A stretch of 64,000 nt of DNA from Paramoeba atlantica (Eukaryota > Protista > Discosea). Below the pieces are notes generated by a model. That model was given only the letters and a program-made list of their open reading frames with translations, had not been told where the DNA came from and searched no databases. Shown here in pieces: positions 53,058 to 63,251 of this stretch. The translations under genes and the position numbers were made by a program. Location of the stretch: the NCBI GenBank assembly GCA_977017575.1, contig CDRNVI010000039.1, positions 620,001-684,000 on the forward strand, written 5' to 3'. Each line of letters begins with the position of its first letter. The first letter of the stretch is position 1.

Positions 53058-54344
53058 CTACTCCATCTGTTGCGAACCCTGCGTACTGACCAAATAATCC
53101 GCCAACGAGCACGGAAACATCACCGTGTTCTGCAAAACCTTCACGCCGACAAACGGCACCACCACATAGGGAATCAGCCGCTTACTCGGCGCCGGCACCC
53201 CAAACGGCAGCGGAAACAACACCGGACCCCAGGGATACCGCCACTTCACATCCCCCGCCCACCGCGGCCACACCACCGGACGCACGGGGCACATCGCCAC
53301 CAGCAACCCCGTCACCCCCACCCCATACCCCACCGCCTGTCGCCTCCTCACCGCCCGGGTAATCTCCGTAAGATCCTGGACAGCGTCGTCCGGGGTGTGT
53401 GCCCTCCCCGCCCCCCTCGCCCCCCTCACCCGCCTCTCCTCCCTCTGTCGGCGCGCCGCAAACCCCTGCCGCAGCGCATCCACCCGCCACGCGGTCGCGC
53501 TCCCGGTGTACACCCCGAGCCCCCCGGCATAGACCCCCGCGAGCAGGGCGCGGCGAAACCCCACCCACCGCGGCACGTGAACCCGGTAGCAATCCCTCCA
53601 CGGCACGTGGCGTACCCGGGCGTACCCCAACGTGAGCGTAAAAAACAGAACAAACTCGGGGAGAGCCCGCTGGACCCCCCACACCAGCCCCCGCGTCCCC
53701 TCCACGTCCCCGACGTCCTCGTTGTACCCCCCCGCGAGGCTGAGGCAGCGCACGGCGTAGCGCCAGGCCGCGAAGTCGTGGGTTCGCACGTAGACCTGGT
53801 TGAGGTAATTCACGAGGTCGGTTTTGTACTGCAGCCGCGCGACGGCGTCCCCGAGGTGGTCGTCGCAGAAGGCGTAGGCGAGGGCGCCGCAGACGGCGCG
53901 CTCGTGGAAGGGGTCGCGGGTCTGGAGTAAGTGCCGGAAGGTCTCGGCGTGGGGGAAGAGGGCGGAGCGGTAGGGCTGGACGCGGGCGAGATGGAGGAGG
54001 GCGTCCGCGGCGGCGACCTTGGGGGGGCGGGCGGGGGCCAGGGAGAGGGCCTGGCAGAGCGGGATGAGGTGGTCGAGGAGGGCGTCCCCGAGCTCGCGGG
54101 TGTAGAAGGCGTGGTGGGCGAGGAAGTGGAGGGCGCGGGTTGGGGTCGAGGGGGAGGGAGGGGGGGGCGTGGAGGGGGCGCGGAGGAGGTGGAGGACATC
54201 GGGGGCGAGGCCGTGGGAGAGGAGGGTGTGGGCCGCGGCCTCGTCGAAGGAGGAGAGGAGGAGGAGACGGTGGAGGGCGTGGGGGGAGGAGGGGTCGTGG
54301 AGGAGGGCGCGGTGGGCGAGGTGGGCGTAGTAGGCGGAGAGCAT
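53058..54344 (-). CDS. Hypothetical ARM-like protein with C-terminal hydrophobic segments
   Basis: Long ATG ORF (MLSAYY) with extreme GC3; helical-repeat N-terminal half. Confidence 0.7.
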   Translation of the reverse strand: MLSAYYAHLAHRALLHDPSSPHALHRLLLLSSFDEAAAHTLLSHGLAPDVLHLLRAPSTPPPPSPSTPTRALHFLAHHAFYTRELGDALLDHLIPLCQALSLAPARPPKVAAADALLHLARVQPYRSALFPHAETFRHLLQTRDPFHERAVCGALAYAFCDDHLGDAVARLQYKTDLVNYLNQVYVRTHDFAAWRYAVRCLSLAGGYNEDVGDVEGTRGLVWGVQRALPEFVLFFTLTLGYARVRHVPWRDCYRVHVPRWVGFRRALLAGVYAGGLGVYTGSATAWRVDALRQGFAARRQREERRVRGARGAGRAHTPDDAVQDLTEITRAVRRRQAVGYGVGVTGLLVAMCPVRPVVWPRWAGDVKWRYPWGPVLFPLPFGVPAPSKRLIPYVVVPFVGVKVLQNTVMFPCSLADYLVSTQGSQQME

Positions 54345-54794
54345 GGAGGGAGGGAGGGGGGATAGAGGGTTACAGAGGCATGGTGGGGTGGTATAGGATT
54401 TAGGGGAGGGATGTGATGAGTTCAGGGTACAAAAATTAAAAATACCCCGTTTTTGGGTACCATTCCTCTGAAAAGTAATGACTGAGGAAACCATATCTTA
54501 CTCCTGAGGGCTTAAAAATAGACATTATTTTGAACACGTCTTTCATTCATTTTTGATGAAAATGTAAACCTATGCGAATTCAAACTCATTGGGTTCACAA
54601 AACAAAAAAAATCTTGTAAACAAAAATATTTCATGATAAAAAGGTAGAGGTATAGAATATATCGCTTCGCCTACAATATACACAACGTATGTATACACAA
54701 CGAAACTTACCTGTACATACTATCCTACATGCATAAATCTCAAGCTGTGGCTCACAATCTATTTGTGGCTTGCCACACAAAGACTCCCTGATAC

Positions 54795-55706
54795 TCAATC
54801 AGTGGTTTGTGTAAAATAGGGATGCTCTAATGCTTCCTCGGCCGTTAGTCTTTGGTAAGGCTCATACAACAATAAGTTTTGAATAAGATCTATTCCGTCG
54901 GCACCTATGCGCCGTACTTTGGAAGACCCATAAAAACGCTTACATTCAGGTGCATAGTTTCTACGAAACTCTGGCTTGGCTAAAGTCCTTTCTGAATTTG
55001 CATACTCATGCATACTTGGCCACAACGTATCGTTTGGAGCGCCGAGGAATTTGAAAATGCGAAGCAGCTGATCCGCATCGTTCTGCCCCGGGAATACAGG
55101 CTCACCTGTTATCATCTCGAGCATGATGCAGCCGGCGGACCACATATCCACTGCGGGTCCATAATTTCCATTGCCAAGTAGCACATCGGGAGCACGATAC
55201 CATAGCGTCACCACTTCGTGCGTGAACTTCTTAGCTGCGATGCCATAGGCTCTGCCCAGTCCAAAATCTCCAATTCTTAGATCCTGTGCCTTGTTGATTA
55301 ACAAATTTTGAGGTTTTAAGTCTCTATGTAGCACACATCGTTTGTGGCAATAGGCAATCCCCTCCAACAACTGACGTGACATGCGCTTAATCGTGGATGT
55401 AGGCACAGGTGAGGCACTTTGTTCATCTAAATATTTCCTCAAGTCCATATCCAGATATTCAAACACAAGTGTGAGTTTTCGTTCATTGTGGAGGACTTCG
55501 TAGAGTCGTACTAAATTGGGGTGCCGCAGTTCTTTCAGGAGACTAATTTCTCGTATCGCTGTGCACGGAACTCCTTCCTCATCGTTTTCTAGTCGAATAC
55601 ATTTCAGCGCGACGAGGTTGCCCGTCTCTCGATCGCGGGCTTTATGTACAACGCCATAGGCTCCCTCTCCAATACGGTCAATTTTTGTATACTGATTCAA
55701 AGTCAT
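54795..55706 (-). CDS. CRK1: cdc2-related kinase 1
   Basis: GEGAYG, EGVPCTAIREISLLKEL, HRDLKPQN, DFG and VVTLWYRAPDVL. Confidence 0.93.
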   Translation of the reverse strand: MTLNQYTKIDRIGEGAYGVVHKARDRETGNLVALKCIRLENDEEGVPCTAIREISLLKELRHPNLVRLYEVLHNERKLTLVFEYLDMDLRKYLDEQSASPVPTSTIKRMSRQLLEGIAYCHKRCVLHRDLKPQNLLINKAQDLRIGDFGLGRAYGIAAKKFTHEVVTLWYRAPDVLLGNGNYGPAVDMWSAGCIMLEMITGEPVFPGQNDADQLLRIFKFLGAPNDTLWPSMHEYANSERTLAKPEFRRNYAPECKRFYGSSKVRRIGADGIDLIQNLLLYEPYQRLTAEEALEHPYFTQTTD

Positions 55707-55800
55707 CGCCTGATGTGTACATTATTAAATCTGTGTTATTCTTTACCTAAATCTAATGTGTAATAAAAATAGATAAAGTTTTGTGCAAAATATTAATTTA

Positions 55801-56134
55801 CTGTGCCCCCCCTTTATACTTTGGCCATTTTGATGAGTAACGAAGTATAAAGGGGGGGTTGGAATTTTTTCCCCGCTGTAAAACAAAGTATAGACAAAAG
55901 TGTAAAAAAAGGCCGCGCCGCTTCGCGGCGCGCCTCATCCAGTTTTCCTGTCTTTCCTTCTATATCACCTTCCATTTCTAGAAGGAAAGACTGGGAACGT
56001 TCTCGTTTTTTTCTAAGGTTTTAGAAAATTTGCGAAAAATAAATAAAAAAATCGGCCCCCCTTCGGGGTGCACAAAAAAAAAAGAAGTATAAAGGGGGGG
56101 GTCTGACCAGCGAAGTATAAAGGGGGGGGCACAG
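55801..56134. mobile_element. TA-flanked MITE C
   Basis: TA|CTGTGCCCCCCCTTTATACTT ... AAGTATAAAGGGGGGGGCACAG|TA, with internal AAGTATAAAGGGGGGG copies. Confidence 0.85.
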
Positions 56135-56140
56135 TATATA

Positions 56141-56220
56141 TTTTCGTCCCCCTACCCAGTGAGCGCACGCCGCGGCGGTACCAGTTTGGCACCGCGGCGC
56201 GCACCATCTGGGCTTTCCAT
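56141..56220 (-). mobile_element. Extreme 3' stub (5'-truncated copy) of the CRE-like retroelement
   Basis: Encodes VRAAVPNWYRRGVR, versus VQAAVQDWYRRGVR at the end of copy 1; shares CCGCGGCGGTACCAGT. Confidence 0.75.
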
Positions 56221-56420
56221 GTGTAAGTAGTTTAAATGCGAATAATTATGGAAGAATACCGAATAAATATTCAAATTCTTGTTATAGATTAGTGCTGTAG
56301 AGGTGAGTCCCTCGGTGTGGGTCCATTGAGATCGATGTCCCTCGGTGTTCCGCATCGTCTCCAGTAAGCGCTTTGCAATGCAACGTTTCTAAGCCACGCA
56401 AAAAGGATAGCTGAAGGCAT

Positions 56421-56879
56421 TCAAGATTTCCGAGGCACGGTTGTTGCATCGTTGTTACCTGTTTCATCTGTCGTGGGAGATTTTCCTTTTCTCCTTTTGT
56501 TCCGATTTCGGATTCCTTTCTCGAGGTTTAAGTCGGTCCTATATTTTGCAATTTGGCTCTTCAAATCTCGAATTTGGTTTATAACTTGTTCTTGTGATTC
56601 CATAGTAGAGAGAGCATCAGACTCTCTCGCTGATTGTTTAATATTGCGCAAACGCGTGCGATGTTCTTTTAACTGCTCCTGCAGATTACGTTGTTCTTCA
56701 AGATGTTTGTCAAACAAAAATTTGTACGACGACTGGAAATGATGGCGCTGCAAGGTTCCGCAATCGCTTTCGAAACGCGGATCCCAACCTTTGGCTTTGT
56801 CCCCGCTGGAAAAGGATTTAAATAGCTTAGGAGGACGATGAGAATCCACTTGTCTAGGCCGATCACGAGACCCCGCCAT
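56421..56879 (-). CDS. RRP36: rRNA biogenesis protein Rrp36
   Basis: DPRF...FQSSYKFL followed by a coiled coil; small basic protein. Confidence 0.75.
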   Translation of the reverse strand: MAGSRDRPRQVDSHRPPKLFKSFSSGDKAKGWDPRFESDCGTLQRHHFQSSYKFLFDKHLEEQRNLQEQLKEHRTRLRNIKQSARESDALSTMESQEQVINQIRDLKSQIAKYRTDLNLEKGIRNRNKRRKGKSPTTDETGNNDATTVPRKS

Positions 56880-57027
56880 AAAAATAATAGGAGTGTGCGT
56901 AGTGAAAATCGTTTTGCCTATTTTATTTAGAAATGTAAATGGACAACGCCGTGTAGTGTCATAGCCTTACGTTTTTATCTGAAGTCTGAGTACGATACAC
57001 GCACCATATGAAATGGGAACCATTCAT

Positions 57028-57837
57028 TCAACTCCCGCCCTCTGCCTCACTTTTCAGTGGAATGGGTGGATGGATAGGGTCTAACGACACCGCCTCCTCC
57101 GCGGTGGGATATGACACCTCGGCGTCGTACCCACTGAGGTCGCCGCACTGTAGGAAGGGGACATAGGGAAGTGGGGTCGTCGTGTAGACCTTTGTGTCTG
57201 TCTTCGACAGAAGAAAGGGGAGATACTCGGGGGCGGGTGAAAACCCCCGGGCCACCACGAATGCCTCCATCGAGCTGGTCCGGGAGGCCCGCGGCTTCAT
57301 CACGGACACCTGTCGGAACAGCACACGTAGTTTGGATATAACCAGTGGGGTACTCTTACCGCGAAAGATTTTCGCCACAAAGTCTCCCCCGGGCTTTAAC
57401 AGCCGCGCGGTGATCTCCGCCGCACTTAGGAGTAGCTCATGCTGGAGATACTCATCCAGTTCGTGCAGTCCCGTGACATCCGGGGCGCCGTCGCAAATGA
57501 CCAAATCTGCCGGGATACCTTCAAAGTAATCCAGGATCTCTCGTGCGGTGGAGTCTCGCGTGATATCGCCCTGGATGGTGTGAACGCCGGGGATGGGCGC
57601 GGTCTCCTGTAAATCCACAGTAACAATCAAAGCCTCAGAGTTGTTGGATAGTCTGTCCGCGAGTACTTGGCTCCAGCTTCCTGGGGCACCGCACAGATCC
57701 ACCGCTCGAGCGACGCCATCCAGCAAAGGAACCTCCTCGAGAAGTTGCAGAAGTTTGTAAGCACTGCGGGCACGATAGCCCTCCTCCTTCGCCTTGCGGT
57801 AAAAGATATCACGCTTGTCCTTTGAAGCTTTTCCCAT
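57028..57837 (-). CDS. TRM7: tRNA 2'-O-methyltransferase Trm7/FTSJ1
   Basis: MGKASKDKRDIFYRKAKEEGYRARSAYKL, DLCGAPGSWSQ and CDGAPDVTGLH. Confidence 0.94.
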   Translation of the reverse strand: MGKASKDKRDIFYRKAKEEGYRARSAYKLLQLLEEVPLLDGVARAVDLCGAPGSWSQVLADRLSNNSEALIVTVDLQETAPIPGVHTIQGDITRDSTAREILDYFEGIPADLVICDGAPDVTGLHELDEYLQHELLLSAAEITARLLKPGGDFVAKIFRGKSTPLVISKLRVLFRQVSVMKPRASRTSSMEAFVVARGFSPAPEYLPFLLSKTDTKVYTTTPLPYVPFLQCGDLSGYDAEVSYPTAEEAVSLDPIHPPIPLKSEAEGGS

Positions 57838-58405
57838 TTTTTTGTAGCCGGTTACGAAAAAAGTTGATCAAAAAGAATGATTCGAAGAGGTACGCAATAG
57901 AATTAGACTAAAGTTTCGGCCAAATTTTGGAATTGGACTGTATTTCGTATTGATAATTATAATTAGGAACGTTTTTTATGCCTTAAAATTTATCATACCT
58001 TTATATCGCTTTTTGTCTACCCCCGCAGCAAGAGTTCAAAAAACCTCTCAGCTAAAGGCGAGTGCATTGCATTACAAAATTAATGTGACCATTCATGTTA
58101 ATGGTCTCGATAAAACAACGAAACAAAAATTTATCCAAAACAGGACACGCACTCCGAACGGGGTGAATTCCTTCGACCACCCACAACCCCTTTTTCCCGC
58201 GGGGAAATCTCCCCCACATCACCCATGCCCCTCCCCCTTTTACCAATCCACCTCATACCCCCGATTTCCCTGTCCTCCCTCCCCTCCACCATACCCCGAC
58301 CCCCCATGACGATCTCTTGCACGATCCCCACCCCCACCACCTCGTCCACGATAACCCCCTCCCCCTCCCCCTCCCCGTCCCCCTCCATACCCTCGACCAC
58401 CACCC

Positions 58406-59989
58406 CTATACCCCCCACCCCCTCCCCTCCCCCAAACCCCTCCGGTCGCCTTCCCCCACCCCCTCCCCCACCCCTCCCCCTCCCCCTCCCCCAAACCCCT
58501 CCGGTCGCCTTCCCCCCCCTCCCCCTCCCCCTCCCCCCCCTCCGCCATACCTCCCCCCGCCCCTCCTCGCGGCGCCCATCCGCCTCCCCCTCTCCGCCAT
58601 CTCCCCCACCCCCGGCGGGACCTCCACCCCGGAGACCTGCAGGAACCGCTCCAGCGCCACCCCCACCCCGCAGTCCTCCCCCCGACTCAGCAGGGTGTGG
58701 GCGTACCCCCGCTGGCCGTTCCGCCCGGTGCGCCCGATGCGGTGGACGTAGGACTCGAAGTGGCGGCCGAGCTCGAAGTTCACGACGTGGGCGACGCTCG
58801 GGATGTCGAGCCCGCGGGAGACGACGTCGGTGGCGACGAGCACGTGGGTGTCGGGGCCGCGGAAGTCGCGGATGGCGCGGTCGCGGTCGTGCTGGGGGCG
58901 GTCGCCGTGGATGCACGCGGCGAAGGACCGCGGGAGGGGGGTCCCGAGCACGTGGTGGAGCTGGTGGGAGAGCTGGGCGTGGACCGCGGTGGCGGTGGAC
59001 TTGCGCTCGACAAAGACGAGCACCTTGTCGGTGGGGAGGAGGGTGCGGGTGGCGTAGAGCTGGAGGAGGGCGGGGAGACGGCTCGGGGGGGTGTCGCCGT
59101 CGCCGAGGAGGTAGAAGCGTTGGGTGATGAGCGGGTTGATGCTGTGCCCGGTCTCGTGGGCGCCCGTGCTGACGATGTGGTAGTTGGAGGAGATGTAGCG
59201 GTCCGCGAGGGTTTGCACTTTCTCGTCCCAGGTCGCGGACCACATGAGGGTTTGCGGGCGGGTGGGGTTTTCTTTGAAGAAGGTCATGATGTCGCTGATC
59301 TGGGGGGCAAAGCCCATGTCGAGGAGGCGGTCGGCCTCGTCCATGGCCACGAATCCGCACTTCCGGAAGTGCACCACCCCCTCGCGCGCGAAATCGGTCA
59401 GGCGACCGGGGGTGGCGATGAGCACGTGGGCTTTGTTCGCCTGTCGGGCCTGGTACTCCCAGTTTCCCTTACCTCCGTGGGCCATCGCGACCTTGAGCTC
59501 ACTCCCCGCGGTGAGCTTCACAAACACCTGGTGGGTTTGCTGGGCGAGCTCCCGGGTGGGGCATATCACCAAGCACTGGCAGCACGCCTCACTCGGGTCC
59601 ACGCGCATTAACGCGGGAACCGCAAACGCCAGGGTCTTGCCGGTGCCGGTGGGCGCGAGACCGATGAGATCACTGCCTTGAAGCATCATCGGGATCGCGT
59701 GGCGCTGGATCGTAGTGGGGGTCACAAACCCGGAGGTGGTGAGGGAGTCCGTTAAATACGAAGGGATGGGGAAGTTAGACTCCAGGGTGTTAAGTTCGCT
59801 GTACTTGTGGAGGTTAAGTTTAGGGTCGGAAACGTCGCAATGCTTGCCGCTGTTGTCGATGATGGTGAGTTTGAGCGCGTTCGCGGCTTGGACGGCCGCG
59901 GAGCAGTAGCGCGCTAGGGAACCCAGGCGCCATAGGGGAAGGGAAGGAGGCGTGAAGGGCAGTTTTAACCCATAGTTCCAGCGACGCAT
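58406..59989 (-). CDS. DEAD-box RNA helicase, probably mitochondrial
   Basis: PTTIQ, APTGTGKT, PTRELA, TPGRL, DEAD, SAT, ATDVVSRGLD and HRIGRTGR; presequence-like N-terminus; Gly/Arg tail. Confidence 0.93.
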   Translation of the reverse strand: MRRWNYGLKLPFTPPSLPLWRLGSLARYCSAAVQAANALKLTIIDNSGKHCDVSDPKLNLHKYSELNTLESNFPIPSYLTDSLTTSGFVTPTTIQRHAIPMMLQGSDLIGLAPTGTGKTLAFAVPALMRVDPSEACCQCLVICPTRELAQQTHQVFVKLTAGSELKVAMAHGGKGNWEYQARQANKAHVLIATPGRLTDFAREGVVHFRKCGFVAMDEADRLLDMGFAPQISDIMTFFKENPTRPQTLMWSATWDEKVQTLADRYISSNYHIVSTGAHETGHSINPLITQRFYLLGDGDTPPSRLPALLQLYATRTLLPTDKVLVFVERKSTATAVHAQLSHQLHHVLGTPLPRSFAACIHGDRPQHDRDRAIRDFRGPDTHVLVATDVVSRGLDIPSVAHVVNFELGRHFESYVHRIGRTGRNGQRGYAHTLLSRGEDCGVGVALERFLQVSGVEVPPGVGEMAERGRRMGAARRGGGRYGGGGGGGGGGGGRRPEGFGGGGGGGVGEGVGEGDRRGLGEGRGWGV

Positions 59990-60328
59990 AGAGAGTTCGT
60001 GTAGAATTCCAAAAAAAGGGCTTTTCTGAAATATCTTTTTGTGCGAAGTGGTGTCTACTTGATAAGGTAAATCGTTTTATGTTTCTTACATGTATGCGCA
60101 AAGCTTAATTGGGAACTTGGTAGTAAACAAATCAATCGTGCTACAGATCTTTACATTCACAATGTGATGTTTAAAAAAGTTGTGGCTCATCTTCTTTCTT
60201 TTTTGTTATTTTATTGTGAAACTTATTTTTCAATGTTGGATCAGAATTCGTTTTTTAGAATTTTCTGGGGTTATCCACCTTTTCCGACTATTCAATAAAA
60301 AGAAAGGGGAAGTACCACAGCCGACGGC

Positions 60329-61201
60329 CTAGGATCCAATATACAGCGTGGTGTCGTCGATCCACTTGTACGGCGGCACCTCCAGGTTCAGCGGGGCGGG
60401 TCCCATACGAATCCGACCACTGATGTCATAGTGCGACCCGTGGCAAGGGCAAAAGTATCCGGAGTAGATCCCCTCATTCGCAAACGGGATACACCCCAGG
60501 TGGGTGCAGATCGCAATCATCACCGTGTGGTCCGGCCTCACCGGAAACCGATCGCTGTCCTTCTCCGGGTGCTTTAAATCCCGCATCGGGGTTTCCTCCA
60601 TTAACCGGATTTGTTCCTCCGTACGGTGGTACACATACACCGGCTTCCCCCGCCACACCACCGTCTTGCACTCCTTCTCATCCAGCACCCCAATATCGAC
60701 CTCAATATTGGACTGGTTCACTGCTTTCATCGGGGGCATGGCCAGCCAATAGAACGGCGCAATCAGGTACCGTACCCACAACAGGAACAGCCCCGTGAGT
60801 GAGGCGTTGAGGGCTAAGTCACACACCAGGTCCCGGTCCGGGTCCGCCCGTCGAGGCTTTAGAATGTGTTTCCGGAAGAACTCCTCATCGTAGGAGGCGT
60901 AGTAGTTCGTGGTGATTGTGCTCTCATCGTGGATGTTGAACGTGAGCCCCTTGGAGTCACCTTGGGGGTAAGTGTTGAGTTGGAGCTCGTCCCGGGTCGC
61001 GAGGTCGCTGATCTGGGCGTACTCCTCCGAGGCGTACTTCCCGGCCCACCCGTACTTGGCATGGAGCGTGGGGCTCACCGCGGGGCGACCAAACTCCTCG
61101 GCGTAGGAACGCACCGTGACGTCACCCTTGGTCAGCGGGGTACGACCCTCGAGTTGCCGCATGAGAAGGTCCATGCTTTTGGAGAAGGTGCGGCGAAGCA
61201 T
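60329..61201 (-). CDS. UQCRFS1: Rieske Fe-S protein of complex III
   Basis: CTHLGCIP, CPCHGSHY, WRGKP and GPAPLNL; mitochondrial presequence MLRRTFS. Confidence 0.97.
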   Translation of the reverse strand: MLRRTFSKSMDLLMRQLEGRTPLTKGDVTVRSYAEEFGRPAVSPTLHAKYGWAGKYASEEYAQISDLATRDELQLNTYPQGDSKGLTFNIHDESTITTNYYASYDEEFFRKHILKPRRADPDRDLVCDLALNASLTGLFLLWVRYLIAPFYWLAMPPMKAVNQSNIEVDIGVLDEKECKTVVWRGKPVYVYHRTEEQIRLMEETPMRDLKHPEKDSDRFPVRPDHTVMIAICTHLGCIPFANEGIYSGYFCPCHGSHYDISGRIRMGPAPLNLEVPPYKWIDDTTLYIGS

Positions 61202-61439
61202 GGGCGACGGGGAGAAAAAAAGGGGTGTGGGTAGAAGTAAAGATTAGAGAAAAAGAAAATCTAGAAAAAATAGAGTAGAGTTAAGGAGGAGATAAGTGAC
61301 ACCGGGAATACACGGATTCGATCGACATACGAAAATCAAGTCTTGATCGAGAATCTAACTTCACTCCTTATAGAAAGGCAAATATGAAATAGAATACAGT
61401 ACAGTGTAAGGGGGGCAATTCCAAGAGATTGAATCATGA

Positions 61440-62129
61440 CTACACTGGTCTCGCCTCACAACGTTGGCTCTTTAAAGGACCTTTTAAGGAATCTAAACGT
61501 GCACGTAGATCGGCTAAAGAAGAGGAGGATGTCTCTGGAGTGGGAGACCCTGCTGAGCTACTTACAGGTTGGGAGATATTCGCCGTAGAAGACAGACGAG
61601 CTTCCGCCGACAATTCTTCCAGTAATCGATTGCCCTCCTCTTCGGTACTGTTTTCAGCCATCTCATCAGCCCCTAGGCTTAACGCGTCGGCAAGAGCCAT
61701 TTCATTAATACCCAGTAACGCCGCCTGTTCCTCAAAATTACGCAATGATTTTTGAGTTTCGGTTGAGTGAAGGCTCCGGTTTGTGTTTGACAGCGCCTGA
61801 GATATGCCACCGAGGGCTGCCGTAATCGCTTGTGTGGACTGCACCATATCCATTCGTATGAGCAAAACATTCAACTGTTTGTTAATACGAGATATTTTCC
61901 CGATAAAGGTGCGGATCGCGGCAAGCTCTGCCGTTTGAGCCCCTGGTGTTGTGTCCGATTGATTCTGTCGTTCGATCTCTGCTTTGAGCCTACGCTCCTT
62001 TATACGAAGTTTGTTCTCCTGTTGAGCCATTTGTCGGATACATCTCCGAAGCACGCGCTTGTGTTCTCGTTGTGAATCCTCCACATTGGGTGAAGAGCGG
62101 AACCAATTCCAAGGCAACCAGTTCCACAT
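61440..62129 (-). CDS. ESCRT-III (Snf7/Vps2-Vps24 family) protein
   Basis: Basic N-terminal helices (EHKRVLRRCIRQM) and an acidic C-terminus with a MIM-like DLRARLDSLK. Confidence 0.75.
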   Translation of the reverse strand: MWNWLPWNWFRSSPNVEDSQREHKRVLRRCIRQMAQQENKLRIKERRLKAEIERQNQSDTTPGAQTAELAAIRTFIGKISRINKQLNVLLIRMDMVQSTQAITAALGGISQALSNTNRSLHSTETQKSLRNFEEQAALLGINEMALADALSLGADEMAENSTEEEGNRLLEELSAEARLSSTANISQPVSSSAGSPTPETSSSSLADLRARLDSLKGPLKSQRCEARPV

Positions 62130-62487
62130 GTTCGTATTAATTTAATGCATAAGTTATATTCTCTTGAAAAAGAAATCAAATCTTTTTTGTCGTTTCGATC
62201 ACCAAAGTTTCGAACTAAAATTGCGTATAAGTTCACGTATTCGTTCCGAGTAATCATCCTAGTAGAATTGTGCTTGTATATTGTCACCTTGTGAATTTAC
62301 TCTATACACACTATCCACCTAGAGCCAAAAAGCTCTTATCCGTAAACTGTTACCCTCCGTCCCACTGTATACGATCCACGTATTTAGGGACCGCAATGGA
62401 GAGAAAGGGACGCCTAGGTTTCCTTAGCTTCTCTCCCCTCTTTTCCTCACACGGGGTAAGTACGGTTAGCACACCTTTTGGATTCCT

Positions 62488-63045
62488 CTATCTATCCACA
62501 AAGTGCGCATTACGAGAAGGCACCGAAAACGGGGCTAAACACTGTGCCGGAATCGGCAAACCCGCCCCCAGCGGCGTGGGCTTTAGTTGGATCTTTCGCA
62601 TGGAGTTCTGGACATACGCGCGGAACAGCTCGGGATCCACCCACAGCGTCCAGTCACACGTCGTCAGGAACGTGAGCTCGAGTTTATTCACCTCCTCCCG
62701 GGGTATCCCCCCAATATGGCCATAGTACCCGTTGCTGTAGTAAATGTCATCCCGGAGTTTCGCGGCGACCATCACGGCGATGAGAATCAGCCGGTGGGCG
62801 TTGAAAAAACTTAGACTCGTTTTCGTCTCCCGCAGGAACCGGTCGATATAGACCAGGGCGAGCACCAGGCACTCCGGGCTGCACTTGCTGTACCGCTGGA
62901 TGCGACTCACGTAGTCGGAGATGCTGATCGGGGGGACGCGACAGCTGTGGAAGGAGGTGCGGAGGGGGCTGGTTTGGGCGTTGTCGTTCGCCGCACAGTG
63001 CCATTGTAGGACGTGGGAACACAACTCAACGTAGTCTTGACTCAT
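62488..63045 (-). CDS. PHO80/CYC2-like cyclin
   Basis: FHSCRVPPISISDYVSRI, LALVYIDR, HRLILIAVMVAAK, YYSNGYYGHIGG and LELTFL. Confidence 0.92.
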   Translation of the reverse strand: MSQDYVELCSHVLQWHCAANDNAQTSPLRTSFHSCRVPPISISDYVSRIQRYSKCSPECLVLALVYIDRFLRETKTSLSFFNAHRLILIAVMVAAKLRDDIYYSNGYYGHIGGIPREEVNKLELTFLTTCDWTLWVDPELFRAYVQNSMRKIQLKPTPLGAGLPIPAQCLAPFSVPSRNAHFVDR

Positions 63046-63251
63046 GGAGGTGGGGAGAGAGGGGTAGCAAAAAGAAAAACAGGCTGTGAAAAAAAAACAA
63101 GTAAATAGGCCCAACTTGGTATTCGTACAAATTCGTTTTTTAAGAGAATTTGGAACTGGTTCTACATGCATGTGTGTAAGGGTTCTTAGGAATGATTTTA
63201 CAAGAATACATGACTAAAAGAAAGCCAAGCACTCAAAGAACCAATCTCGCC

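Noticed and set aside
52971-59611. Long overlapping Pro/Arg/Gly-rich ORFs (e.g. 52971-53930, 58131-59360, 58225-59127, 58697-59611; also 36029-36493)
   Set aside because: Shadow frames caused by stop-codon depletion in the GC islands; the motif-bearing frame is the real gene.
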